A DNA stretch of 63,015 nt, counting the filler, from Lenisia limosa (taxonomy: Eukaryota; Protista; Breviatea), in NCBI GenBank assembly GCA_001655205.1. It is 8 parts of 8 records of this genome, joined end to end, with 100 filler letters (N's around TTAATTAATTAA, not from the genome) between each part and the next. Parts side by side here need not be neighbours in the genome. Positions count along the whole stretch, not along the records: positions 1 to 29,309 come from LPNZ01001712.1; 7 more parts are not named here. One strand, given 5' to 3'. The position numbers were made by a program, and so were the translations under genes. Below, piece after piece: positions 10,804 to 23,900 of this stretch. The notes beneath the pieces were generated by a model that saw nothing but the letters and a program-made list of their open reading frames with translations, did not search any database and was not told the origin of the DNA. Each line of letters opens with the position of its first letter. The first letter of the stretch is position 1.

Positions 10804-13800
10804 TTACTTGAGAGCCGTTTGTGCGGCTCTTGCGTTGTCGAGTGACTCGAAAATTGGGGCGTAGAATCCACTAACATCCAATCGCTCGGCTGGGAAGGTC
10901 AAAAGGCACGGAGAGAGAAAGAAGAGAATAACCAACCTAGTTGGCCAAAGAGGGGTAAACTCATGGAGTACATCTTCAGCGCATCTACGTAGTGAGAGAG
11001 GAACCCCAATGAGGCATCGTTGAATTTAACTCATTATTATCAGACATGACATGATACATAAGATACTAAATACAGTTATAATCAATTTTGCCACTCAGGT
11101 TACCCCCCCCCCCCACTAAAGAACAGGTGCATGTAGTCGACGAACTGCTTCTCAATCGCAATAACCGAGGCGTTGTAGTTCACTGAGGCCAAAGCTGACT
11201 CGATCGCCTCATTCGCTGTGGCAACTGACGTGTTTCCGGGATCCTGCGGGGGGGGGGGGTGATGTTTCAAAAAGTGGTGAAAAAGAGGGGAATCACATCC
11301 CTCCGAAAATTAAGAGCCTGGTTTGTGATTCTTTTTTTATTCCTTATACATCCCTACGCTATGCAGTCTGATGTTGTCGACAATCGCAAACAGTCGCGAG
11401 TTAGTGCTGACATACGACTCGCAAATGGCAAGAAGTTTTTGAAGAATCTGGCGGAGGGGGGAGTAACAGCAGAATATACCTTGGTACAACAGTATTTCAT
11501 TTTGCATCTTCACAGTCGAGAGCCAATACCCCCAACCTTGACCAATTTCGGATGGTCGAGAGCAAGCTGGAAGAGGGTTGAGTCTAAGAACTGCTTCTGA
11601 AGGTCTATGACCTCATCCACTGTTGATGCCTACACTGTCATTTCCCCCCAGTTACAAACCTGCTTGGCTTCCTCAATGAATTTTGTCCACAAAGTGTCGA
11701 TAACGTCCACCAGACTGTAGAACAGCAGAATTTGGACCATTTGCAGCATGGCCTGGCGGGTGCGGTGCGACCGTCGGAACTGCCGGGAGGCTGGGAGGTG
11801 GCGGATGGTCTGGGTGTGAGGGACGAAATATGCCATTGAAAAAAGTAACTTGAGTCATACTTTATCAAGAAACCGAGAGTTACAAAGGCGTCTCTCTAGC
11901 CCCTTCAGTGCGAAAAGATGCCTAAGACATGAAAAACAGACGCGCAAAACTGAACCTGAAGATGAGCTGGTACTTCACGATGGACTGATGGCTTAAGACT
12001 AAACTGACAGGCCACTTGACCTCACAGTAAAGACCTGGGCAGGTAATGTCCAGGAATGCAAATCGTTCAAAGTCAGCATATAATATGCATATCGATATGA
12101 TATACAGTACATATGTACATATGATATGTATGTATGTAGTATCAACACTTATCAATGATTTCAGTACTTCCGTCAGCTTACTGAAACATTCCATTGCCTC
12201 ATTCGGGACTTCCCCTTTTTTGCTGTCTCCTCTGTGGATTTGCATAATCTAGAACGTCAAAGGCAAAACTGTCATTCGGAATAACGCTTGCATATGAGTA
12301 GCGCATACCTGGTCATAAACAGTCGCCGAGTGTAGCACGTAGGAGACGTCTTCAACAAAGGGGTCTACGGGATTGTCAGCAACATGACTATCTCTAATGC
12401 AATAGGCTGAAACCGCCTGGTATGATGCTTTTCCTTCGGGACATACCATCAGACGCAGCGCTGCTGGAAATTGCCATGTCCAAGAGGGTGGTGAGCCGAT
12501 GGCGCACAACCTTGGATGAAGGCTTTGCAAGTTCGTCACCTGCAGTGTTATTGCATGTCTCGTGACTACGGATATCTCATTTCAATTGTGAAGGCCAATC
12601 CCATGTTTACCGACTGTGTCGAAAATCATGGTCAATAAGTCACCTTGCTGCCCGAGGAAGAATTTCTAAACATATATGTAAGCTACTGGAAAAGAACTAA
12701 TTGAGCCCATACGACATGTGTTCCTTTACGTTCCTCATGTCATTTAATATTCACAATTCTACAAAATTGCTGACATTTATATGAACAGACAGTGACCGGG
12801 ATAGTCTTATACATATAATAATATACTATACTAATGTTACAACATGTTGTAAATAAGGCATGTACTACCCTCCAACTTTGAATGTAGTTAAATGATCGAA
12901 AAGTCGCTCATCATTGATTAAATGATTCAGAAGTGCCTGGTGTGGTTAACCTTTTGACCCAAAAGGGCATCTTTACAATTCGTTCGCAGCAAAGGTATTC
13001 ACCTCTCACCACGGAAGCATCGGAATAAGTGCTTTGGATGGTTTGAGCATAGGTATTGGCATCAATGGAGTAGGGCACAACCGAATTTGACGTTTGGAGC
13101 TTGTTACACTGTACAAGTACGTTCAAGAACTTGCCTAATGCGGTCATTAAGGTCCTAATCTGTAAGGGAAGTGACTCACCAGCAACAAGGGCTTTGTTGA
13201 CCAAGGTCAGGGAACCCACGGGAGCCAAGAAATCGGGTACCTGGTCCTCTCGTAAGGAGAATCTCTTTTCCCAATATCTGAAGGAATTAATGAATTAATG
13301 ATGCATGAGTCATAATGAATCCTGGGGTCATACCTGTCGTTGTATTCAAATCTATTTTCGGTGATGGTGTCGTCAATACAGACAAAGAACTCCTGGAAGG
13401 GGTCTGTCACCACCCCCCGGAACAACCAGTCGCTGAGCTGAGGGGTCACGGGAGGGGGGGAGTAATATATACGGTATGCGATATGGGGATTATAGGCACA
13501 GGGGGACAATAGTCCCACCATTTCTAAGAGCGGCTTGGCTGCAACCATAGACAGGTGCTCCAGTAAACTCTCAGCAGTTGTGTTTCTAATTTGATGAAAA
13601 CTGATACAATTCAGAGCTCAAATACGAGGAAAAAAACGATTCAAAATCAACATTTGACTTCAGGCATACCCAGCCAAAACATTCCTCAGTCTCGACACGA
13701 GGTTGTAAAAGGCAGCACCATTCATGGGATTATTCATGGTTGCCTCGGCCTTTTCAATCTAAAAAAAGTGACAAAAGACATCAAACCAGTCATAAGAAAG

Positions 13801-16330
13801 AGGCATCTTAAAAAAAGAAACAAATAGTGTACCTTCATTCTCACAAGAACTTATAATGCGCATACCTCAGTAATAAGTCGGGTGAGAGTGTAAAGCGTCT
13901 TATGCGCGGGTTGGAGATAAAACCACAGGTTCTGAAAGGTGACAAACAACAACAAGGCCACATACCTGGAGGTTCAGCTTGTTTTGCCTGAATTGGAACT
14001 CCAATTGAGCGATTAAGAGCAAAAGGTCCTGAACCGTTATCCAGTAACGTAGCAAACCAACCTTGTCAAATGCTCTTATGGCAGCAGCGACTGCCTGGGG
14101 TACCAAGCCTACTGCGTTAAAGAAAGGAAAGGGGATTTTCAACCTAAGTCACATAGCACATATCATATGTTGAATGAAGTGTTAGAATGTACCTGATTGG
14201 GCTAATGAGCGGCTTTCATAAAACTCCACTACTCTGAGGCGAGACGTGCAGATTGACGCTATCCGCCGAGCCAAGTGTGCCCTTAGGGGTCAAAATCTTG
14301 ATTTCAAACAGCATCGTGGTTTGAATACAATATACTCTAAATAAGTAGAGTATAGATCTCCTCATGTACAGTGGCCGTGGTCTTGACCGAAAAAAATCAG
14401 ATTTCTCTTAAGAACAATCACTTATTATGGTCACTGTATGTAAGCCCATTAAGTGTTTTAATCTCGATCATGAAGATGTCAATACCGATCTAATTTGCCT
14501 TGATAATTACACATCTTTGCTCCATAACAATTCTAACAATGGCTGTACTCCCCCCCCCCCCCNNNNNNNNNNNNNNNNNNNNNNNNNNNNNNNNNNNNNN
14601 NNNNNNNNNNNNNNNNNNNNNNNNNNNNNNNNNNNNNNNNNNNNNNNNNNNNNNNGAAAATGTACTGCCCTTCGACACCCTAAGAAATAAGGAAGAAGCG
14701 CACGAAGGCACATATATCATCGGCTCCCCACAGACCCCAAGAGCGTATAACAGATCTTCAGTCAGAGCCTGGTCCTGAGCATTGTGATTCAGAGCAATCA
14801 GGCTGGCAACAGGTTGGCCCGGAAGCTTCGGAAGCTTGGAGGCGTACGAAGGTTCCGACGTCTCAATGGCCATGGTGGACATGGGGGTGAGCTGTGAAGT
14901 GGCTGGCTGTCTCTGTGAAAGCGCAGAACTGGACTGGTGAACACTTCGACAAAAAGGAGGCTTTCATTTCGGAGAAATGTAAACTTGATAGCAAACCTCT
15001 GCGGGAAGTGCACAGACTTTTTGGTCTCAGTAATGATTGGCTTGGGAGCGATGGAGGGTTTGTAGGGCTGAAGATCGACTGGAGAGTATTGCTTTGTGGC
15101 GGCCGGCACGGGCTCAACAGGTTTCGGTACCGAGGGTTTTGGCTGGCTCGGAGGGGGGTTCTGCGAGGGCATGAATGTGACCTCAAGAAAAGAGGATAAG
15201 TCTTATGCTGTTGTTTATTTCCCTCCAAATAGAATCACATATACTGGAACTCACCTGAGAAAGAACACTGGGCTTCTGTTGGATAGTTGAAGAAAGGGCC
15301 GGCTTGGAGGGTTGCGAGGAATAGGGGTTGTGGAGGGTGGAGAGAACAGAACGTTTTGGGTCCTTGGCAAGAGGTTGGAAGGGCTGTGGGCCAGATGAGA
15401 ATTCCTGAATGGAGGTGAGGCAGCTGACAAGCTTTGGTGTTTCCCTTCATTAATAATTAATAAAATGATGTAGCCTCCTTTGTATACAAAAGACACAATT
15501 TTCAGTGATCGGGATAAGTCTTAACCGATTTGCTTATGATTTCTAAAGGAAAATAGGTCAAGAATTTGGTCACTGGTCCTTCAAGGATACATCAGATTTA
15601 CCATTTAAGCATATGTACTGGTAAGAATACCAAATGAAAAGAGTTTAGACCAGGACTATGAAGCTGAAAGATAGGCAGGATTTATTACTCACTTGTGGAG
15701 TTGCTGATGGTGCTAAGGGACGCGAAGAGAACCGAGAGGCCTGCAATTTCAATAACAGATGTGTGAGATACATTTGGGTGGAACACTACTCACATTTGAC
15801 GCTACAGCTGTGCTAGAAACTGTACTCGAAGGCCTTGAAGGATTTGACTGCTGAAAAATGAATCCAACAGAATGGCGGCGGGAAGGGAGGGAGCCTCACC
15901 TGGAGGGGAGCAGAGGTCCGGGTGACAGTTGATGGTGGGGGGTCCAAGGGGATGGATGTCGTGTTGCTGGGTTGTACTGAAGACCTAAATAGGTCAGCGA
16001 CAGAAAATACAGCAATCCAACATCAGCTGAGATGGAATATAGTATATACTTAACGGTAATACCTTGTTTCAACGTATTCCCAAATTTGTAGCAGATACAA
16101 GATTGACCCTCAGCTCACTGTGTACTCCTTAACGGTTGAGTGACTGTAGATCTAATAGGCGGTACTGTAGCGGCTGTGACATTGTTCTCGGCTGCTTTGG
16201 GCTGTGTGTAGTTTGATCTTGTGGGGAGGGTTAGATCAGGACGAGGAACGGTTGGATTGAAGCGGAAGGCCGGCTGGGAGGATGATGTCTCACTTTGGGG
16301 CTTGGTATTGCCCCCCATGTTTGATTGCAT
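10804..16330 (-). CDS. TUBGCP2: Gamma-tubulin complex component 2 (GCP2/Spc97) with a long Pro/Ser/Thr-rich N-terminal region
   Basis: GRIP motifs QDQALTEDLLYAL, QAVAAAIRAF..LLLLIAQLEFQFRQNKLNLQ, LSDWLFRGVVTDPFQEFFV...YWEKRFSL...GKFLNV, RQAMLQMVQILLFY, VDEVIDLQKQFLD and RLDVSGFY. Start codon tentative. Confidence 0.9.
15503..15575. mobile_element. Family A mini-MITE (Tc1/mariner-like CAGTG termini) in a GCP2 intron
   Basis: CAGTGATCGGGATAAGTCTTAACCGATTT...AAAATAGGTCAAGAATTTGGTCACTG: imperfect terminal inverted repeats, with related copies at 51661, 53013, 53589 and 54115. Confidence 0.7.
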
Positions 16331-16743
16331 TAGGAGAGGCGATAAGAATAGCCTTGTGTTTCAAGATTCGGGCATTGCATAAATTCAAGATTTTCTTTCT
16401 TTGAGGCACCACTTTCTGAAAAAAACTACAAAAATATCTTAAAACAATATTGACACGTTAAATAATACCCGAAATAGTTCTGCTTTCTGCTTTCTGCTGA
16501 GAAAAAAATGGAAGTAAAGAGCAATAACATTAGTTACATGGTTTTTGGAAAAATGAGGAAAATTGTTGAAATTGCAGTTGAAATTGTGTAAATTCATAAA
16601 TATATGTCTATATACGCTTAGTTACATCTAAAAACAGCTAGTTTTACCACTTTAATTTCCTTAGTCTTGAGATTTCGGATTCTTTTTAAGTTTGTTGGCG
16701 CCTTCCACCACTTTCTCGTTGCTTTTGATATTAAATTACTGTA
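16331..16743. promoter_or_regulatory. Putative bidirectional promoter between GCP2 and the SH3 gene
   Basis: About 410 bp of AT-rich sequence between divergent starts; inferred from position. Confidence 0.45.
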
Positions 16744-19700
16744 ATGTCGCAAGAACCACCGTTTGAAAGTTCGTTTTACTCATAACCGTTTTGTTCATCA
16801 CATTTTCAGGAACAGCTTTGTTCCCGTATAGCACAGACAAGGAAGGATGCATTTCTTTTAATAATGGGGATACCATTGTTATTGAAGAAATTCGTCCATC
16901 AGGGTAAGAGGAGCAAACCTCAATTACATTTGTTCCTCTCTCGATGCATTTCTTATAAACGGCAACAGGTGGTGGAGAGGCCATGTTGCTAACCCAGGCG
17001 AGACTACCGGCCAATCAGGATTACTCCCCTCTAACTTCCTGGCAGAAGATGAATGTAAGATAGCATGCTGTTGGGTGCACAGGGTTGATTAATCTGCGGC
17101 TTCACTCTGATATTATTGTTATTATTTCGATTCACCTTCCAGCTCTTCAAGCGCCGCCATTGCCGTCAGCCTCAGCCTTCATTGCGCCAAATCAACCCCA
17201 AGGTTGGCTCGGTTACGTGGAAACTGCTCTTATGGTTAATACTTACATTGGCTGTCCTACGCTTGCATTTATTTGTTCAGACTCGAGTGTTCCGAACTAC
17301 GAAGCTATGACGCCGGGCACTTTGAGTAACGCGTTTCCTCCTCCAAAGGTTGGCTTCTGGATAATGGTTGTGTATCAAGTGATCGATCGGAACACAAATA
17401 CTTTGTCTGTTCCAACTTTGCCAGGTTCAAGTCCCCCAGAAAGCCAGCAGTCTCTCAATAGGCAATATGGTCCATTTCGAGTCCCCCCAGTCTGAAGCAT
17501 TGGTTTGATGGCCTTGTAATATTGATCCTTTGTGGTGACGGTGTACTTATCGATTCTGGGGTCGTAATTTTATTCCGTAGACCCCTGGAACTCCGATGGA
17601 GCAAAACGGTTTGTTGGACGGCTTGGAGGGAATGGGTTGAGTGTCAAGGATATCAATGATTTGCTCAGGCGGCTCGCCTGCCTCCTTGGCCTCGCAGATG
17701 CAAGAGCTGCAGACCATTAACATGCAGCTAGCCCAGAGAATGACGGAGGCGGAGAGTGCATCAAGGTTTGTCCAACATCATCGTCTTATGGCTTCAGAGC
17801 CTCCGACCTGAAACTGCTGGATCTGACGAAGGACTTCAATGCCACGGCCCGTGAGAACAATCGGCTCAGAGTCTGCAGAAATACCCTGTCTTACTGCCCC
17901 TTATTGTTTCGGATATTGTAATGGAGAATTTCTGGATGAGCTTCAGATTGACGGTTTAGAATGATTTGAAGGAAATTAACGAGCAAAACGTCGCCTTGGA
18001 CTCTGAAGTACATCAATTGGTTTGTGACATGGCAATTGACTCACCTTTTAGACGGCGGAAAGAGACACGGTACTCAGCCACGTGACAGCCATCGAAACGG
18101 ACCTTGAGGAGAGCCTTGCCAACTTACAAGCTCGTTGGTTGCATTTTCTTCTCATCTAACCTCGCAGAATCTGCGCAAGTCTTGGCATTAGAGCCACTAG
18201 CTGCCCAACTTGACAAGGCGCAGGAAGCTAAACAGAAAGTGAGTAAAGCATGTGCGGTGACCTTTTAGGCGGAGGAAGAAATGATGGAGTGGCAGAAGTT
18301 GGCTGGGTCTGCACGGAATGAGGCAGCAAACGCCTTGTCCACTTGCGACAAAATTCAAATCGAGTTCACCAAGTGGGGGATTGGACATGTTGAGTGTTAG
18401 TAGGGTGGATTGGACATTTATGATGTAATAGGTGCCGTCAAATATGGGAAGCTGAGAAAGAGGAGTATGAAAAGAGGATCCAGGTCAAGCAGAAAGGTTG
18501 GTGCACCTCACCTCGAAGGCAATTCACTGTTTCAGACCAAAATGAATCGGAAGTTGTTAGCAAGCTTGAAGCCGAGCTTGCTAGGTGGGTGAGAGTCGTA
18601 TTATTTGCCGTATCAGAATAATTGTGTTCACAGTGGCAGATGGCGGACAGAGTCAGCGCAGTGGAAGGCAGAAGCTTCAGCCCTCTCCGAGAAGGTCCTG
18701 AACTTTGGTAAGCAGCATTCATGACTGAACTGACCCTCAGAAACGATCCAAGAAGAGCTAGCGGCAATGACGCTGAGTCGGGACAACGCTGCATCGACCG
18801 TGGTCACAATCCAGGTGGGCACCCCTGTCTGTTGTGACGCTCTAGGCAGGGCTTCAGGCTGCCGAAACCAGGAATGTCGAAATGGGCTCGAAGATCGAAG
18901 TAGGCCACGCCTTTAGGGGCTTTGTTGACCTTTTGCCTCACTTTCCAGGAGCTAACAGCAGATAACGTTTCTATGGCCGAAGAGTTAAACAACCGAATGG
19001 ACTTAGTGGACACACTCACAAATGACAACAAGTTCCTGGCAGACCAGGTTTGTCTGGTTTTTTCATGGTCTATTTCGGGTGCAAATCTCACACACTAGGT
19101 CCAAACTCTGGCAAGTGATCAAAGTTCGTCTGAAAACAGGATGCACGAACTTGAGAATACGATTATGCTCAGACTGCAAACCCTCGATGAGGAGAGCTCG
19201 TCTCGGAAAGAGGTGAGAATCCATTGCTTGAAGTGTGACAACGACAGAAAGTTGAGAAGCTTCGAATGCAGAAAGCTGCATTGGAGGTGGAAGTAGCCAA
19301 CCTCAAGGATCAACTGTTAGTCCTTCCCTTGACTTTCTTTAACATATTGACTGACTCCTTAGGGAACATAGCTCAGCGCTTCCTCAACCAACAGTCCCAA
19401 GCACCCCTGAACAAGAGAACACCGTCAATGAGTCTTCTGACCCCCACGTTCTTGCGCGCCTCCAGGCAGCCAACAACGAGATCACCAACTTGCAAGCCGA
19501 CCTTGACGCAGCCCAGTTGCGTCGACGCAACGATGCCGACGCCGCAAGCTCGCGTGAGGATGAGCTTATGGAGCAGTTGCGCGCTGAGCGTCAGAAGCGC
19601 GCAGCCCAGGACGTGAGCCTTGATGATGCGCAACGGGACCTTTTGGTCGTCGAAGCCAAGGCCAAACGGTAGGCCTAGTGTTTTCATTTTTTCATGTTCT

Positions 19701-20621
19701 GGATTCGATTGGACTTATGGTTCAGTTTGACTGAAGACCTTGCCAACGCCCAACGCTCTATTCAAGATCTTGGTGAGTGACAGCAATATGATGGTCGTGG
19801 GTTCAAATATTGTGGTCTTATGCAGTTGCCAACCAATGTTGTGACGCTCAGAGGACCAAATTACGAAACTGAACTCCATACATCGCGGAGATTCGGAGAG
19901 CCTCATTTCTACCCAAGAGAAAGCAAAAAAGTTGCAGGAGAGAGTCCTGGACTTGGAGGTGAGAAGACTTATGTTCTGCTTTTATCATAATTGGGTCGGG
20001 GTATCAAGCCTTGATTTGATCTTCTGGGGGGTATTACTGAAGTGGGGGGGGGGTGTTACTTCAGATAAAGCACATTTGATTGCCAAGGCATCGCTGGCTG
20101 CACACAACGACCAAATGTCATCGTTGAGAGCCGAGGCTGAGTCCAGCAAAGACCACTGCCGGAGTCTTGAGAAGCAGATCACTTTGGTAGGAAAGCGTTC
20201 CGTTTTTAACTCCAAAGAGCTCATCAGCGACGACGCTCAGCAGGCTGCGGTCGGCTATTCAGGTAAGTCTATCAATATCATTGGCGAAGCGCTTCCTCAT
20301 TTTGTTATTTTTCAAAAAAAACGTTAATAAGTGTATAATTGAGCCCTTGCAGCAAAGTCGGGAGCAAGTGGTGCGTCTTGAGCGTGAACGTAATCGATTG
20401 ATTTCGCGTGTTGGCGTGCTGGAGGCCGATATTGCAACGGGACGGGTTGATGTTTCCTCTTCAGTGGCTCAGGTGGGGGTCGTATGCAGGCCTCTTTTTT
20501 TTTACTGCTTTTTTTTTTAGTCTCAAAGAAAGAACAGTGTAGTGTGGAAAACTGACGGTTTCAGATCGATATGATTAGAAGCATTTTTGAGCAGTCCATG
20601 TCACAGCCGCAACCGCTTTAG
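16744..20621 (+). CDS. N-terminal SH3 domain, Pro-rich linker and long coiled coil; multi-exon
   Basis: MSQEPPFE|RTALFPYSTDKEGCISFNNGDTIVIEEIRPSG|WWRGHVANPGETTGQSGLLPSNFL is an SH3 consensus. Downstream exons are heptad-rich; the last exon is IDMIRSIFEQSMSQPQPL-TAG. Confidence 0.85.
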
Positions 20622-20914
20622 AGCGCTGTTTAGTATTGTATTATGGGTGTGTACTATTATAATGAAGGTCTTTGAAGTAATAATTCGTAATCAAAGTATT
20701 TGATGTCACACTCCCCGAAACGTGATAAGCCGGGTTTGAAGAGGGAAAATACATTAAAACACCATAGATAACTTAAGCCTAAAATACAACATAGAAACTA
20801 GAAAATAGAATGAAACAAATGAAACAGGTGCGAAAATCTGAAGGAATGAGATTGTTGGAGAAGACTACTCAATTGGCGCCTCCATACAACCAGTTCCACC
20901 CCCCCTCCCCCAAC

Positions 20915-23900
20915 CTAAAACATGTCCTCTAATATGCTGTCGCGATCGGTGATCGGAATCGAAATCGCATTCTCGTCAAAATCCTCGAAAACAAAGCCTA
21001 GACCGTCAGATCGCCAAACAATACCCTCTCTAGCCCCTGCGTACTATGGTCCATAAGATTGACGAGATCTTCGGGGGCGGCGGCGGCGGTAGTAGACACT
21101 CCGGCAGTCTTGAGGTCCGAGCTGATGGCAACTACGCCCTTGACCAACGTGTCAACCTGCTGAGTGAGAACTACCTGACTATTATGCTAACTACTCAAGA
21201 ACCCTCCTCCCAACCTGTACTCTGAAATAGTCCCTGCGAGACTCGGATTCTGAAACCGAACTGCCCAAAACGGAAAAGGCACGTTCCGCTGCCTGGTTGC
21301 TCTGACGTGTCACGGTAACGGCTCGGTTGAGGCGGGCCATTAGTTCGGCCGCATTAGGAAGGTTCTCGGAAGTAGCAAGAATGACTTCCGAGGTAGAACT
21401 GATTTGTGCCAAGCTTTGCGCGGCCTTGGCGCAAGCGTCGTTCACCAAATACGAGGGTGAGTCGAGGGACAAGCTTGGGGTGGTGTCGAACTGTTCCAGA
21501 ACATTCTCAAGGAGGATTCTGCACTTCTCAGCGGCGGCATCCACACAGTTCAATGTGGTTACGTGCTCAGCCCGCACCACTTCCGCAGCTTCCGATGCTC
21601 TGTAGACCTGAGACTCCAGAAGGGACACAAGACGGCCAAGGTCCTGGGCGTGTCCTGTGAGGACATTGCATCGCCGCTGCCACCGTTTGCCCTCCTGTTG
21701 CGTAAGGAACTGGACTGCTGACGTCACTGTCGTCATGACGTCATCTCCAGCTGCGGGGGGGGGGGGTCAGATTCCATAGGTCTGATCATGTTTAAACAAA
21801 TGCATAGACATTACATTACGCAAGGCGGTTAAAAATAACAAATTAAGTCCCAATGGTAATGGTATATGGTAAATATAAATGTGAACATTTGCGATGGCCA
21901 TTCAGAGATCAGTTCAAGACCGACCAGGAGGTTTACTGACGTCTTCAACGATGAACTGCTTCGACAGGTTAACAAGGGCGTTTTGTGCGTCCTGCAGGGG
22001 CTTCTTGAAGCTGTCATCGATGCTATCGGAGTCGGAGATTTGGATGGATTGGTTGAGGTCATCGGCAGCCTCTTGCAGGACGTTCAAAGAATCAGATGGC
22101 GTGTCAAGTTGCAGGGTCAGGGCTGGGTTACCAGGGGACAACAGCATCTTAAACTCCTGAATCGTAAAAGGGGAACTTGTTATCTCTATATGATTGACGT
22201 GTCGTACCTGTACGGTTTCTTCAGCTGAGTTTGCTCTTTTTTGCCACGACTCTAGCGCGGATTGAAGGCCGGAAAGTTCACTGAAAGGTCAGAGGATAAC
22301 TGCAATTGCACTCATAGAATAATTATGAACTATACATGTATACTGGAGAATGATTGAAGACAATCGTACCTTGGCGAAGGAGGATTGGCACACGGACTAG
22401 CTGTGGCGTCTTGAAGGTCTAAAAATGTCAGATACAAAACTGGTTTCAGTGCTTCAAAGTCTCAAAAATACCTTGAACGCGCTTTTGGTCCTTCAGCCAG
22501 TTGTGTCGCATAGTTTGCAGCTCATTGTCCAGGTCGCGGATGGTCTCCTCTGCTGTCATGAGTTGGGCCTTTAGATCACTGATCGTTTCTTCGCAGCTCA
22601 AACAGCGCTGGGTCTGGAGGTCAACTTCACGCTTCAAGTCGGCCCGGATAGCGTCAGAAGCCTCGTCGGAACGGATAAGCTCGGACAGGGCTCTGTCGGC
22701 CTCGGCAGCCGCAGCTTCGCGGCCGGCTTCCAAAAGAGCCTGCAGGGACAGGCTGGAGGCTAGCTCGTCCTTGAGGTCGGAAATGACTTCTTCGGCCAGA
22801 CTTAATTTGGACAACGCAGAAGCCTCGGCGGCCTGAGCATCGGTAATGGCTTTGGACGACTCATCATGAGCTGCCATGGCCGCTTCTTCCATTTCCAGCA
22901 TTTTGGCCTCAAACTGTTCGCTGTTGTCTGACATGCGCTGCGACTGATCAGCGATCTGACTTTGGAGGCTGTCGCACTTCTGTTTGGAGGTAGCGAGTTG
23001 TCCGGAAAGAGATGTTCTGACATCATGGAGTTCGACGTCTTTCTCGTCGACAGTCGCCGTGAGACTTTCAACGCTCCCATTCAACCGGCCAATTGCTACA
23101 TGGCCTTCCTTTAGTTGTCGAGACTTCTCCTCTAGCTGTTGGTTCGCTTCCCCCAAATCGTCCTGACTCTTCTTTAGCTCTTCCTCCACGGAGTCAATTT
23201 TGCTGCTTAGAGTCATGTTCTGTGCTTTCATCTCGGTCAGTTCGCTGATCTGTTGATCGAAAGCAGTTTTCTGAGTATCACGTTCCTGGGTGACCAAGTT
23301 GTAGTCTTGGCGACACTGAGCCACTTCGGACTGTAAAAGCTCAATGTCCTTCGTCTTGACGTCCAAGGTGACCTGGATGGACTGAAGGTCCTGGAGATTA
23401 GACTCTGCAGCGTCGGCGGCGTCATTGAGAAAGCTTCGGAGGGTTGCAACCTCCGTGGTGAGGTCAATGGCCTTGTTATCGAGCTGCAGTCGTTCGCGTT
23501 CATGCGTGGCGCTGAGCGCAGATAAGTTTGTGTCGTACTCTTCTTTAGACATTTTGAGGTCATCCAGAGCTTCGATAAGCTTCAGCTCAACATCAGCCAC
23601 ATTGGCTTCGAGGACAGCGAGACCCTTGTTCTTGGCATTGAGCTGGTCTTGCGTAGTGGCCAATATGGATTGCACGTGAGTCAGTTCGTCAGACTTGGCG
23701 TTGTGCGCGTCCTTCAAATCCGCCAGTACGGCTGTCATTCTGTCGAGGTCATGCTGCTTACTATCGATGTCACTGCGAACGTCACACAACTCCTTCGTTA
23801 GCTTGTTAACAGCTGCGTCGTGGAGGGCCGTTTCTGCTTGCTTGTCCTTTTCTGCCGTTTGGAGGGCAGCCTCGAAGTCGGTGATGAGATGCTCGAGTTC

